Shown piece after piece: positions 49,989-61,300 of a stretch of 64,000 nt of DNA. The notes under the pieces are model-generated. The model made no database searches. It saw nothing but the letters and a program-made list of their open reading frames with translations, and was not told the DNA's origin. A program made the position numbers and the translations under genes. The DNA is from Myxococcota bacterium (GTDB lineage: Bacteria > Myxococcota_A > UBA796 > CAJQPC01), in assembly GCA_036229005.1 (NCBI GenBank), contig JAZAMN010000050.1:42998-106997 (forward strand), written 5' to 3'. Every line of letters begins with the position of its first letter. Position 1 is the stretch's first letter.

Positions 49989-52900
49989 TCAGCTCAGCTC
50001 GCGCAGCAGCTCCAGGGCCACGCGGGCGTAGGGGCGGTTGCCGATGTCCGCGGCGCGGGAGCGCAGGCTGCGGAGGCGCTTGATGGCCTCGTCGTGCTCG
50101 CCGTGGGCCATCAGGTAGCGGGCGTCGAACTCCAGCACGCCCAGGAAGAGCTCCACCCAGGTGCTGGAGAGGGCGCGGGCGCAGCGGTTGCCCCAGTCGT
50201 GGACCTCGTCCGGGAAGAGCACGCCCTCCAGCAGCAAGCCGTAGAGCTCGAGCTCCTCCAGGCCCTCGGCGCGGGCGATCTGCAGGCCCTGCTGCAGGAG
50301 CACGGTGGCGGTGGGGCGGCTGCCGTCGTCCAGGTGGATGCGGGCGACCTCCATGCGGCCCAGGGCGCCGGAGTAGCCGCGGGTGGGGAGGGTGGTGGCC
50401 TCGACGGTGGCGGCCTCGATGTCCCCCTGGGCGCGCAGCCAGCGCAGGTTGGCCAGGCGCCATCCCCAGGAGCTCCGCTGAGCACCCACGCGCTCGGTCG
50501 CCTTGCGGGACATGATGGGGTCACCGGTCTGTACTCCCAGATCGAGCTCCACCGTCGCGGCCAGGGGCTCCAGTCGAGCCAGCTTGAGCTTTCGGGCGAC
50601 GGCGAGGCCATCGGTGAGCCAACGCTCGGCGATCGCGGGCTCTCCCCGGCCGATCGCGAGGGCCGCGAGCTGCAGGGAGGTGGTCGCGGCCCCCGCCAGG
50701 TCGGAGTTGCGGACGTAGAGCTCGCGGGCGCTGGCCAGCATGTCCTCGCTGGCGCGCCGCCGTCCCGACCGCATCCAGGCCACCCCGAGGTTCCGGAGGT
50801 GCCAGGCCTCAGCCCCAGCGTGCTCCAGCCGCCTCGCCGCCCGGAGACCGGCTCGGGAGCGCTGCGCCAGTCCAGTCAGCTCGCCCTGGACGAGCAGGGA
50901 CTCCACGCAGGCAGCCTCGGCCTCCACCCGGAGCAGGGGGGCGGTGTCGGCGAGCTCCCCGGCGGCCTCGGCGCACCAGCGGGCCTTGTCCCAGGCGCCC
51001 ACCTCCATCCAGGCCTGGGCGCAGCAGAGCCAGAGGGCGGCGGCGGCCTCGGGGTGGTCGAGCTGGGCGGCGCGGGCGGTGTCGTGAGCGAGGGAGAGGG
51101 CCTCGTTGGGCAGGCCGTTGCGCAGGTGAAGCTCGGCCTGGAGCAGGGTGCTCAGGTGGAGCTGCTCGGCGTTGATCGCGCGGGCGCGGGCGGCGTCCAC
51201 GAGGTCCTGGCGGGGGCGCTCGGCGTCGGTGCGGGCGGCGACCCGGGCCCGGGAGAACGCCAGGTCGAAGCGGAAGCGCCGGTAGGTCTCGGAGTTGCGG
51301 TCCTGCTTGAGGGTGTCCAGGACCAGCAGGAGCTGGCGGGCCTGGGTGTAGCGACCCAGGCGCTGGGCGGCGTCGGCGCCCCGAACGCAGGCCTCCCAGG
51401 CTTTGGGGCTGCCGGCGGCGAGGCGGTGGTGCGCGATCTCGATCCAGCGGTTCCGGGAGCGGCCCTCGGTCTCCCAGGCGTGGGCGAGGTCCCGGTGGGC
51501 GGCGGCGGCGTCCTGCAGGGCGGCGTTGGTGGCGGTCTGGAAGTTGCCCTCGGGGAGGCGGAGCTTGCCCACAAGGGTCTCCACCACAAAGCCCTTGGAG
51601 ATGAAGGGGCCGGCGTCGCCCAGCCAGGCCTCCAGGACGTCGCGGGGGAGGGGGCGGCGGGCAACGGCCAGGGGCGCGGCTTGGGGGGGCAGCTCGTAGA
51701 AGGGCTCGGCGCGGAGCTCGGCCAGAGCGCGCAGCGCGGCCTGGGTGGCCTGGAGCGGGGTGGCGGCGCCGGGGGAGACGCCAGGGGCGCCCTCGGGGAG
51801 CAGGCTGGCGCAGAGGGCCTTGGTCTCGCGGGGGGGCAGGGGGGCCATGCGCAGGATCTGGCCCTGCTCCAGCCCCTCGACGTGCTCCAGCATCCGCTCG
51901 GCGCGTGCGCCCATGCGGCGGGGATCGGCCAAGGCGAGCAGGTGGATGCGGGGGTCTCCGCGGCGCAGCAGGCGGCGCAGGAACTTGGAGCTGAGGGGGT
52001 CCAGGTGGTGGGCGTCGTGGAGCACCAGCACCAAGGGGGTGTGGGCGGCGGCGCGGGCGAAGCTGCCCAGGGCGGCCTGGAGGACATCGCGCTCACTGGC
52101 CTCGCCGGCGGGACGATCCGACAACATGTGCAGGGGGAGGTGTGGCCAGAGTTGCAGCAAGGCGCCGCTGCCATCACCGACCAGCTCTTCCCTCCAGGGG
52201 GTCTTGTTGGGGGCGGAGAGGAGCTGGGAGAGCCACATGCCCAGGGGGTGACCGGGGGCCTCCGGCAGGCAGCGTCCGACCAGGGTGCGGGTGCCGCGCA
52301 GGAGGGCTCTGCGGCAGGCCTGCTCCTGGAGGCGGCGCTTGCCACTCCCGGCGTCGCCCAGGAGCACGGAGATGCGGGCGCTCTTGCCCTGCAGGGCGGT
52401 CTCCAGGAGCTGGAGCTCGACGCGGCGGCCGGCGAACACGGGGGGATTGGGCCACTCGGCGGGGCTGGAGCCGTCCAGGCAGCCGCGCAGGAGCTCGGCG
52501 AGGGCCCGGGCGGTGGGGCGCGCGCTGGGGTCGAAGCGCAGGCAGTGGTCGATGACGGTGCTCAGGTCCCGGGGGCAGCGGGGATCGACGCTCGCGGCGG
52601 GGGGGACGCGCTGGAGGACCTGTCGGGCGAGCCAGCCGGCGGCCTGCTTGGGGCGCTCGCGCCTGCCGACGAGCCCCTCGTAGAGCATCAGGCCCAGAGC
52701 GAAGACGTCCGCCGCGCCGGTCACGGGCAGGCCACCGATGGCCTCGGGGCTCATGAAGGAGGGGGTCCCGACGAGCCCGCCGGAGCCGGTGAGCGACTCG
52801 GAGACGGCCCACCACTGGACCACGCCGAAGTCCAGGATGCGGACCTCGCCGCTGTCGGTGACCATCACGTTGGAGGGCTTGAGGTCGCGGTGGACGAACC

Positions 52901-53300
52901 CGGCCTGGTGCATGGACGCCAGGGCGTCGGCGAGCTGGGTGCCGGCCTCGCAGGCGCGGAGGGTGCGCTCGGCCATGGACGCGGCGCTCTGGATGTAGCG
53001 GCGGAGGGTCTGTCCGCGCACGATCTCCATGGAGTACCAGGTGAACTGCGGGCTCTGGCCGGCGTCGACCACCCGGACCACGTTCTCCAGGCGCAGGCGC
53101 CGGATGGACTCGAACTCGCGCAGGAAGCGCTTGTCCATGCCTGGATCCCCGGCGCGCCGCAGCTTGAGCGCGACCTGTTCGCCGGTGGGGGCGCGGGCCC
53201 GGAACACGGTGGCGCTGGCCCCACGACCGAGCACCTCCAGCAGCTCGTGTCCGACGACCTGCTGGCCAGGGCTCAGGTTCTGTACACCGCCGCCTGCCAT
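49989..53300 (-). CDS. Ser/Thr protein kinase - AAA ATPase - TPR protein
   Basis: Kinase motifs LGRGASATV, ALK, HRDLKPSN, DFG, GTPSFMSPE and DVFALG. AAA motifs FAGRRVEL and GDAGSGKR, then a helical repeat C-terminus. Confidence 0.9.
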   Translation of the reverse strand: MAGGGVQNLSPGQQVVGHELLEVLGRGASATVFRARAPTGEQVALKLRRAGDPGMDKRFLREFESIRRLRLENVVRVVDAGQSPQFTWYSMEIVRGQTLRRYIQSAASMAERTLRACEAGTQLADALASMHQAGFVHRDLKPSNVMVTDSGEVRILDFGVVQWWAVSESLTGSGGLVGTPSFMSPEAIGGLPVTGAADVFALGLMLYEGLVGRRERPKQAAGWLARQVLQRVPPAASVDPRCPRDLSTVIDHCLRFDPSARPTARALAELLRGCLDGSSPAEWPNPPVFAGRRVELQLLETALQGKSARISVLLGDAGSGKRRLQEQACRRALLRGTRTLVGRCLPEAPGHPLGMWLSQLLSAPNKTPWREELVGDGSGALLQLWPHLPLHMLSDRPAGEASERDVLQAALGSFARAAAHTPLVLVLHDAHHLDPLSSKFLRRLLRRGDPRIHLLALADPRRMGARAERMLEHVEGLEQGQILRMAPLPPRETKALCASLLPEGAPGVSPGAATPLQATQAALRALAELRAEPFYELPPQAAPLAVARRPLPRDVLEAWLGDAGPFISKGFVVETLVGKLRLPEGNFQTATNAALQDAAAAHRDLAHAWETEGRSRNRWIEIAHHRLAAGSPKAWEACVRGADAAQRLGRYTQARQLLLVLDTLKQDRNSETYRRFRFDLAFSRARVAARTDAERPRQDLVDAARARAINAEQLHLSTLLQAELHLRNGLPNEALSLAHDTARAAQLDHPEAAAALWLCCAQAWMEVGAWDKARWCAEAAGELADTAPLLRVEAEAACVESLLVQGELTGLAQRSRAGLRAARRLEHAGAEAWHLRNLGVAWMRSGRRRASEDMLASARELYVRNSDLAGAATTSLQLAALAIGRGEPAIAERWLTDGLAVARKLKLARLEPLAATVELDLGVQTGDPIMSRKATERVGAQRSSWGWRLANLRWLRAQGDIEAATVEATTLPTRGYSGALGRMEVARIHLDDGSRPTATVLLQQGLQIARAEGLEELELYGLLLEGVLFPDEVHDWGNRCARALSSTWVELFLGVLEFDARYLMAHGEHDEAIKRLRSLRSRAADIGNRPYARVALELLRELS

Positions 53301-53311
53301 GGGCGCCGATT

Positions 53312-55180
53312 CTACCCCTGCAGCCCCTCGAGCACGCGCAGCACGGCCTTGTAGGAGCCAAAGGGCGGGTAGATGTAGGCGCCGCTGACCCGGGGATGCT
53401 GGTGGGCCTCGCGCAGGGTCTGCTGGGCGATCTCGATGCCGATCTCCCGCTGGGCCTGCCGGTCGGGGGCGGCGTGCAGGCGCTCCCGGATCTCGGCGGG
53501 GACCTGCATCCCGGGCACCTCGTTGTGCAGGAAGTCGGCGTTCTTGGCGCTGGCCAGGGGCAGGATGCCCACCAGGAAGGGGACCTTGGGGAAGCGCTCG
53601 GTGAGCGCGAAGAAGCGCTCCAGGACCTCCCGGTCGTAGACGGGCTGGGAGAAGAAGAACTCGGCGCCCGCGGCGATCTTCTGGCCGTAGCGCTCGACCT
53701 CCCGCTCCAGCTCAGGGTGCGCGGGGTTGCAGCCGGCGCCCACAAAGAACGACGTCTGCCCGCCGATGGGCCGGCCGGAGAAGTCGACCCCGCGGTTGAG
53801 GTTCTGGAGGAAGTGGATCAGCCCGATGGAGTCGATGTCGAACACCGCCGTCGCGTCGGGGTACGCGCCCATCTTGGGGGGATCCCCGGTGACGGCGAGG
53901 ACATTGCGGAGCCCCAGGGCGTGGTAGCTGAGCAGGTCCATCTGCAGACCCAGCAGGTTCCGGTCCCGGCAGCACACGTGCACCACGGACTCGATGCCGC
54001 AGCGCTCCCGGGTGAGCTGGGCCATCGCAGCCGGACCCATTCGGGCCGTCGCGCGCGGGCCATCCGCGATGTTGATGACGTCGATCTCGTGGTCCTTGAG
54101 GAAGGCGGCCCCCTCCAGCGCCCGGGTCAGGTCCAAGCCCCGGGGCGGGTCCAGCTCCACGGAGACGCAGAAGCGGCCCTCGCTGAGCTTGCGGGCCAGG
54201 GGGCTGCGCTCGGCCAGGGGGACGGGCTCCATCAGGGTGCTCTCGTCGGCGGGCGGCTCCTCGAGCTCGGCGCTGGTCACGTTGCGCATCGGTGCGACGC
54301 TGCGCACGAAGCTCCGCATCTCGTGGACCATCTCGGGGGTGGTCCCGCAGCAGCCGCCGACGACCTGAACGCCCTTGTTCACGAAGCGGCGGGCGAACTC
54401 CGCCATGTACTCGGGGCTGGCCAGGTACAGGCGCCGGCCCTCGACCATCTGGGGGATGCCGGCGTTGGGGTAGGCGATCAGCGGGAGGTCCGTGGCGCTG
54501 GCCATGGCCTCGATGGCGTCCAGCACGACCTGGGGGCCGGTGCTGCAGTTGGCGCCCAGGGCGTCCACGCCCCACTGGGTCATGGTCCGGGCGGCGCGCA
54601 CGGGGTCTTCGCCGACCAGGCGTTCGCCGCTTCGGCTGCTCTTGAAGCTCAGGCAGGCCAGGATGGGGTGCTCGGGCGCCACGTCCTTCGCGGCGCGGAC
54701 CGCCTGCCAGAGCTCCTGCAGGTTGGTGAAGGTCTCAAAGAGCAAGGCGTCCGCGCCGCCCTCCACCAGGGCCTCGATCTGCTCGCGGAAGGCGTGGTAG
54801 GCCTGCCCGGGGGACAGGCGCCCAGCGGGAGAGAGGGAGGCTCCCGTCGGCCCCACGGAGCCCAGCACCCAGGCCCGGTCACCGGCGACCTGACGGGCCA
54901 GGCTGGCGGCCTTGCGGTTCATCTCGCCCAGGCGGTCCTCAAGGCCGAAGGCCTGCAGGCGCACCCGGTTGGCCCCGAAGGTGTTGGTGGTCAGCAGGTC
55001 GGCGCCGGCCTCCAGGTAGTCGTGGTGTACCTGTCGGACCAGCGCGGGCTGGGAGAGGGTCAGCTCGTCGTAGCAGCGGTTGATGAACACGCCGCGGCGG
55101 TAGAACTCCGTGCCCAGCGCCCCGTCGAGCATCAGCACCCGGGAGTTGAGGGCGTCTCGCAGGCCTGGCTTGGGCGACAT
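53312..55180 (-). CDS. yitJ: Bifunctional homocysteine S-methyltransferase / methylenetetrahydrofolate reductase
   Basis: DGALGT, TNTFGAN, GANC, PNAG and GGCCGTTP, then VELDPP, CRDRN and TGDPP. Confidence 0.92.
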   Translation of the reverse strand: MSPKPGLRDALNSRVLMLDGALGTEFYRRGVFINRCYDELTLSQPALVRQVHHDYLEAGADLLTTNTFGANRVRLQAFGLEDRLGEMNRKAASLARQVAGDRAWVLGSVGPTGASLSPAGRLSPGQAYHAFREQIEALVEGGADALLFETFTNLQELWQAVRAAKDVAPEHPILACLSFKSSRSGERLVGEDPVRAARTMTQWGVDALGANCSTGPQVVLDAIEAMASATDLPLIAYPNAGIPQMVEGRRLYLASPEYMAEFARRFVNKGVQVVGGCCGTTPEMVHEMRSFVRSVAPMRNVTSAELEEPPADESTLMEPVPLAERSPLARKLSEGRFCVSVELDPPRGLDLTRALEGAAFLKDHEIDVINIADGPRATARMGPAAMAQLTRERCGIESVVHVCCRDRNLLGLQMDLLSYHALGLRNVLAVTGDPPKMGAYPDATAVFDIDSIGLIHFLQNLNRGVDFSGRPIGGQTSFFVGAGCNPAHPELEREVERYGQKIAAGAEFFFSQPVYDREVLERFFALTERFPKVPFLVGILPLASAKNADFLHNEVPGMQVPAEIRERLHAAPDRQAQREIGIEIAQQTLREAHQHPRVSGAYIYPPFGSYKAVLRVLEGLQG

Positions 55181-55206
55181 GGCCGGCTCCTTGGGGCAGG
55201 GGGGCT

Positions 55207-56958
55207 CTACCGCACACTAAGCCGGGCGATGAGCGCCGTTGCGTTGTCGCCGCCGCCGCCGCGGTTCGCTGCGGTCACCAGGGACAGCGCGGCCTCTTCC
55301 GGGGTCTGCTCCTGCAGCAGCCGGGTCATCAGCTTGAGCAGGTCCAGGTGCGAGGGGGTGGCGTAGTCCACGATGCCGTCGGTCATCAGGACCAGGCTGT
55401 CCCCGGAGAGCAGGCGGATGCGGCGCTGGAAGGGGGGCAGCAGGCTGGGGGCGCCGTGCTCGTCGAAGTGGCCCAGGTAGCCGATCAGCGCCTGCGCCAG
55501 GGAGTCCTGGTCGGCGTCTCGGGAGCGGTGGCCCTGCATCCACTCCAGCTCGACGTTCTGGTCGGGGGTGAGCTGCGCGGCCCCGGTGTGGCACACCGCG
55601 TAGATGCGGCTGTCGCCCAGGCTGGCCATGTCGACGACGCTGCCCTGGAGGCGCGCGACGACGATCGTTGTGCCCATGGGGATGCGGCCCGTCAGGTCGC
55701 CATCGGCGGCCTCCAGCGCGGCCTCGCAGATCTGTCGGTTGGCCTCGGCCAGGCGCTCGCGCAGCCAGGCGGCGACCTCCAGCTCGGTGGCGTCCGCGGG
55801 CGGGCGCTGCTCCCAGGCCTTGGAGAAGACCGAGCAGGCGATCTGGCTGGCCATGTCGCCGCTGCCCGCGTCGCTGGTGGAGATGCCATCGCAGACGACC
55901 AGCAGGGCCTCATCGGCCTCGCTCCCGAACCAGAAGGCGTCCTGGTTGGTCTGGTGGGCCCGCATCTTGTAGCGCCCGATGTGGGTGTCGGCCCCGATGT
56001 CGAGGTGGCTGCGGTTTGGCAGCAGCGCATGCTCCCGCACCTCTTCGACAGCGGCGGCGGCCGACCAGTCCGCATAGGCCTCGACCGCCGAGCGAGGACG
56101 CTGTGCCTGACTCGGCGCGACCAGAGACTCCAGCAAGGGGAGGGCGGTCACGGGCAGGCCGGGGGCCAGCTCGGCCAGGAATGGCATCAAGCGGTGCGCG
56201 GGGACCCCGCGGGGGAGGTCCTTGCCCAGGCAGCGCTGGAGCAGCAGGCGGCCCGTCGCGTGGACGTCGCCTGCGATGGGGCCCGAGCTGGGGCCGAGCT
56301 CGAGCTGCCCGTCCTCGTCGGCCCACACAGAGCCCTCATCCAGGCCCACACCTTGCCCGCGGGCGTGGTGGTGAGCCAAGAGCCCCAGCAGCTCCATTCC
56401 CGTGTGCAGGAGCTCGAGCCCCTCCAGGCGGTGCAGCGTGCTCCAGGGGCGGAACAGCCCCTCCTGGGTGGGGATGGGCGCGGTGATGTCGCCGCCGCTG
56501 GGGTCGGTGGGCTCCAGCTCCTTGCAGCGGCTCAGGCGGCCCCCCTGGTGGTCGAAGCGGGGGTCCTGGTCCAGCTTGGCGCGGCGCAGCACGGCGTCCA
56601 CGTCTGCGCTTGAGACCGCGCCCACTCGGCTGAGCCACTGTCCGAGCACGACCGGCTCCTCCGGGTGGTTCAGCTCATCCAGGAGCAGCAGGAGCGCGCC
56701 GCCAGGGTCCCGCTCCAGCATCTCCCGCATGCCCTCCGGGTCGCACACCGCCAGGGAGAAGAAGCCGCCGGGCAGGCAGAGCTGGTAGCCCTTCTCGGCC
56801 GCTGCCCGGGAGACGCGGCGGGGGAGTCGCTCTCCGACCTGGTGCCACGCGAGCTGCAGGCCCTGGTCGTCCAGGCCGGTGACGGCCGCGAAGCCCAGAG
56901 CGGGGTTGTACAGGACGTCCCCGGGGGAGAGATTGAGCTTGGGCGTGATGGGTCGCAT
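55207..56958 (-). CDS. PP2C family Ser/Thr phosphatase with a long N-terminal region including a degenerate kinase-like segment
   Basis: PP2C motifs NQDAF, VCDG, MGTT, LGDSRIY, QLTPDQ, MTDG and GGDNAT. Confidence 0.85.
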   Translation of the reverse strand: MRPITPKLNLSPGDVLYNPALGFAAVTGLDDQGLQLAWHQVGERLPRRVSRAAAEKGYQLCLPGGFFSLAVCDPEGMREMLERDPGGALLLLLDELNHPEEPVVLGQWLSRVGAVSSADVDAVLRRAKLDQDPRFDHQGGRLSRCKELEPTDPSGGDITAPIPTQEGLFRPWSTLHRLEGLELLHTGMELLGLLAHHHARGQGVGLDEGSVWADEDGQLELGPSSGPIAGDVHATGRLLLQRCLGKDLPRGVPAHRLMPFLAELAPGLPVTALPLLESLVAPSQAQRPRSAVEAYADWSAAAAVEEVREHALLPNRSHLDIGADTHIGRYKMRAHQTNQDAFWFGSEADEALLVVCDGISTSDAGSGDMASQIACSVFSKAWEQRPPADATELEVAAWLRERLAEANRQICEAALEAADGDLTGRIPMGTTIVVARLQGSVVDMASLGDSRIYAVCHTGAAQLTPDQNVELEWMQGHRSRDADQDSLAQALIGYLGHFDEHGAPSLLPPFQRRIRLLSGDSLVLMTDGIVDYATPSHLDLLKLMTRLLQEQTPEEAALSLVTAANRGGGGDNATALIARLSVR

Positions 56959-57008
56959 GTCCCACGGTGTTAACCAACTGGCGCCCCATTCGCCTGGGAG
57001 GTGGGTTC

Positions 57009-58328
57009 ATGGAGGTGCGCGACCCCATTCACGGTGCGATCCACGTCAGCGATGCCGAACGTCTGGTGCTGGATCACCCCTTCTTCCAGCGCCTTCGCTC
57101 CATCAAGCAGGTGGGCTTCACGGAGCTGGCGTTCCCGGGCGCGACCCACTCCCGCTACCTCCACAGCGTCGGCGTGATGCACCTCTCCGGGCAGGCCTTC
57201 GACGCCGCGTTCCGGGGCTGGGACTTCTCCTCCCAGGCGCGCCGAGAGGCCCTTCGCCAGACCGTCCGCCTGGCCGCGCTGCTCCACGACATCGGGCATG
57301 CGCCCTTCTCGCACTGCACCGAGTTCGCCATGCCCGACCTGTCGGCGCTTGAGCTCGAGGTCTACCGGGCGGACGTGCTCCAAGCCCGCGGAGACCAGCA
57401 GGCCAGCCACGAGGACTACACCATCGGCATCCTCACCAAGACCTCTCTCGCGGAGGTCCTGGACCGCCACTTTGCCTGCGGAGCGCTGCACGTGGCCGCC
57501 CTGATCTCCCGCGAGGTCGCCGTGGACACCGAGTTCTTTGTGGACCAGGGGGTGGATCTGCGCGTGGTCCTGTCCCAGATCATCTCCTCGGAGCTGGACG
57601 TGGATCGCCTGGACTACCTGGGCCGGGACTCCTTCTTCACCGGGGCCCGCTACGGCCACGTCGATGTGGACTGGATCCTCTCCAACCTGCGCGTCCACCG
57701 GGACCCCCGTGACCAGGTCTGCCTGGCCCTGGACCGCAAGGGCCTGTACGCCTTCGACCACTTCATCCTCGCCCGCTACCACATGTTCGTGATGGTCTAC
57801 TTCCACCACAAGTCGGTGGTGTTCGAGGAGATGCTGCGGCGCTACTTCACCGCGCCCGACTGCCCCTACCACCTGCCGGCCAGCTTCGAGGACTACCTGA
57901 GCGTGGACGACGCCCAGCTCTCGGTCCACCTGCGCCAGAGCTCCGACCCGTGGGCCAAGGCGGTGGGCTGGCGGCGCCCCTGGAAGCGCGTGCTCGAGCT
58001 CCACGGTGACGCCAGCGAGGTCGACACGGACTGGGCCGTGCAGCGCCTCGAGGAGTCCGGGATCCCCACGCTCACCGCCTCCAGCACCGGGCGCCTGAGC
58101 CGCTACACGGTCTACGGCAAGAAGAAGGCCGCCGCGCCCAACATCTACGTGATCGAGGACACCCTCAAGCCCGGCGGGCGCGAGACCCCGCTGCACGAGG
58201 CCACCGCCATCTTCGCCCGCTACCGGGATGCCCGCCGCATCGGCAGGATCTACGTGGCGCCCGAGCGGCGTTCGGAGGCCCGGGAGGTCCTCGCTCGCAG
58301 TGAGCGCATGCCGGAGCTCTTTGGCTGA
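57009..58328 (+). CDS. HD-domain phosphohydrolase (SAMHD1/YdhJ-like dNTP triphosphohydrolase)
   Basis: RDPIHG, FQRLRSIKQ, HSRYLHS, LLHDIGHAPFSH and DVDRLDYL. GGAGG SD. Confidence 0.9.
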   Translation: MEVRDPIHGAIHVSDAERLVLDHPFFQRLRSIKQVGFTELAFPGATHSRYLHSVGVMHLSGQAFDAAFRGWDFSSQARREALRQTVRLAALLHDIGHAPFSHCTEFAMPDLSALELEVYRADVLQARGDQQASHEDYTIGILTKTSLAEVLDRHFACGALHVAALISREVAVDTEFFVDQGVDLRVVLSQIISSELDVDRLDYLGRDSFFTGARYGHVDVDWILSNLRVHRDPRDQVCLALDRKGLYAFDHFILARYHMFVMVYFHHKSVVFEEMLRRYFTAPDCPYHLPASFEDYLSVDDAQLSVHLRQSSDPWAKAVGWRRPWKRVLELHGDASEVDTDWAVQRLEESGIPTLTASSTGRLSRYTVYGKKKAAAPNIYVIEDTLKPGGRETPLHEATAIFARYRDARRIGRIYVAPERRSEAREVLARSERMPELFG

Positions 58329-58349
58329 ACCCCAACCCAGGCGGTGGGC

Positions 58350-61300
58350 CTACTCGGCGCCGCCAAAGAACAGCCCCACCTCTCCTGCATCCGACCCGTC
58401 AAAGGGCGAGCCGACGGCCAGGTCGTCGGTCCCGTCGTCGTTGAGGTCCGGGCCGCAGAGCAGCGAGTAGCTGGCCTCGTCGTCTCCATCGCCGGCGAAG
58501 CTCGCGTCCGCATCGTCCACGTCCAGGTTCCCGGTCGCGAGGTCCCCGTGGAAGAGGTAGGCCGCGCCTTCTCCGCCGTCCTCGGGCGCACCCAGCAGAA
58601 GGTCGTGGCTGCCGTCCCCGTTGACGTCGCATGCGCTGGCGAGCGTCTGGCCCGCGTAGGTGTAGTTGCTCGTGCCAGCGATGCGCGTGCTGTACTGGCC
58701 GCCGACGCTTCCGTTGCTGAGGTCGCCGCTGGAGATGATGTAGGCCCGGCCGGTGTAGGTGCTCCGCCAGGGGGCCCCCAACACCAGATCATCGGTGCCG
58801 TCTCCGTCCAGGTCGGCGGCTGCGATCGCTGAGCCCAGCCCTTCGCTGTTGCTGCCGGTGATCTGGTAGTCCGCCGCGCTCCCGGACATGTTGGAGGTCA
58901 CGGGGCCCAGGAAGACGTAGGCCTCGCCCTTGTAGGAGTCCCGGTTCGGGGCGCCGATGATCAGGTCGTCCACGCCGTCACCGTTCAGGTCCCCGGCGGC
59001 GGAGCCGAGGCCGAAGTTGTCGCTCCCGCCCTCGCCGTAGAGCTCGACGTCGTCGCTGGCGCCCGAGGTGGAGTAGCTCGTGAGCGGCCCGTTGAAGATG
59101 AAGGCGCTGCCGGAGTCGGTTCCGTTGGTGTCCCCCCGGTACTCGGAGGCCACAAGGTCGTCCTGCCCGTCGTTGTCCAGGTCAGCGACGGTGAACACGC
59201 GGCCCATTCGATCGGAGCCTCGACCCAGGGCCCACCAGTCGGCGTTGGTGCCGTCGTCGGCTGCGTCGAGGTCTGCTGTGATGGGGCCGAGGTAGAGGTA
59301 GGCGGCGCCGTCGCCAGTGCCCAGCCCACCGTTTGGGCCGTCGTATGCGCCCACCACCAGGTCATCGATCCCGTCACCGTCGAGGTCACCGGAGGCCAGC
59401 GACCACCCGAAGTACGAGTTGTCGGTTCTGGAGCGGAGGCGCACGTCCTCATCGCCGGAGACGGTGGCGTCTGCGGTGATCGGGCCGTTGAACAAGAAGG
59501 CTGCCCCGGAGTCGTAGTTGCTCCCGGCGTCGTAGTCCATGGCGGCGACGACCAGATCGGTGGTGCCGTCGTTGTCAAAGTCGCCGGCGGTCATCGCGTT
59601 GCCGAACCACATGTTGTTGCTGGAGCTGTCGAGCACCACATCGCCGCTGGAGACATCGTAGCTGCCGTCCAGCACGCACTCGTCCCAGTCCCCGCTGCAG
59701 TCGTTGTCGATGCCGTCATTGCAGATCTCGGTCTCGCCGGGGCTCACGCTGCTGTCGCCATCGTCGCAGTCGCTGCCGATGGAGACCGAGCCGCTGACGC
59801 TGTCGGAGCCGTAGCCGTCGCCGTCGGCGTCGGTCATGCACTCCTTGGAGTCCTCGTTGTAGGCCGCGCCCGGGTAGGTGTTCGCGTCGGCGTCGTCGCA
59901 GTCGTCGGCGTCCTCGAACTCCCCGCTGTCGGTGCAGTCGGTGTCCGCGCTGCTGACGGTGCTGGTCTCGCCGGCGAAGCCGTCGCCGTCGCTGTCGGCG
60001 TAGCAGAGTTCGTAGGTGTCGCAGTCGTCGTCGCTGCCGTTCGCGGGGACCTCGCTTGCGCCAGGATTGATACCGGAGTCTCCGTCGTCACAGTCGGTGT
60101 TGACGGTGGACTCCTTGCCGTCCGTGCAGTCCAGATCCGAGCTGCTCTTGGTGCTGGTGCTGCCGTAGCCGTCCCCGTCGGAGTCCAGGTAGCAGGTGTC
60201 GCCGCCGTCACAGTCCTGGTCGATGCCGTCGGCCGTGGTCTCGGAGGCGCCGGGGTAGACGGTCGCGTCGCTGTCGTCGCAGTCGTCGCTGCTGCTGTCT
60301 TCGCCGGCGTCGCTGCAGTCGGTGTCGGCTGAGCTCAGGGTGGCGGTGCCGCCGTAGCCGTCCAGGTCCACGTCCGCGTAGCAGGTCTCGCCCCCGTCGC
60401 AGTCCTGGTCGGTCCCGTCGCCGACGATCTCCGCCTCGTCGGGGTTGATGTCCTTGTCGCCGTCATTGCAGTCGTCGCTGTTGTCGGCCTCGCCGCTGTC
60501 GCTGCAGTCCAGGTCGCTGGAGGCCACGGTCGAGGTGCTGCCGAAGTCGTCCCCGTCCGAGTCGACATAGCAGGTGTCGCCGCCATCACAGTCCTGGTCG
60601 ATGCCGTCGGCCGTGGTCTCCGAGGCGCCCGGGTAGGCGGTCGCGTCGCTGTCGTCGCAGTCCTCGGCGACCGAGAACTCGCCGCTGTCGCTGCAGTCGC
60701 TGTCGCTGCTGGTGGTGGTGCTGTCTTCGCCGGCGTAGCCGTCCCCGTCGGCGTCGTCGTAGCAGAGCTCGTAGCCGTCGCAGTCGTCGTCGCTGCCGTT
60801 GGCGATGGCCTCGGAGGCGTCGGGGTTGATCTCGTCGTCGCCGTCGTTGCAGTCGTCGGCGTTGTCGGCCTCGCCGCTGTCGCTGCAGTCCAGGTCGCTG
60901 GAGACCACGGTGGAGGTGCTGCCGAAGTCGTCTCCGTCGGAGTCGACGTAGCAGGTGTCGCCACCGCTGCAATCCTGGTCGATGCCGTCGGCCGTGGTCT
61001 CGGAGGCGCCGGGGTAGATGGCAGCGTCGTCGTCGTTGCAGTCGGTGCCGGCGCTGATGGGCGTGGTGGCGCCGGAGTCACCCCAGTCGTCTCCATCCAG
61101 GTCGGCCATGCAGGCGGTGGTGGAGTCGTTGGGGGCCGCGCCGGGGAAGGTGAGCGCGGAGCGGTCGTCGCAGTCGTCGTTGGTGGTGGCGAGGTTTGAG
61201 CCCGAGCAGGTCAGGTCGGTGCTGCCCGCGGTCAGGGCGCCGCCAAAGCCATCCGCGTCGTCGTCTCGGTAGCAGACCTCCTCTCCGTCACAGTCGCTGT

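Noticed and set aside
49782..53354. 1190-aa plus-strand ORF
   Set aside because: Antisense shadow of the Ser/Thr kinase gene. The same applies to 4952-7360, 21802-24504, 29881-32415, 35834-38137 and 38694-41015.
49989..58328. Kinase-ATPase-TPR, PP2C and HD hydrolase as an anti-phage defence island
   Set aside because: These architectures are common in myxobacterial signalling and housekeeping. They are interrupted by yitJ, show host-like composition and have no mobility or defence markers.
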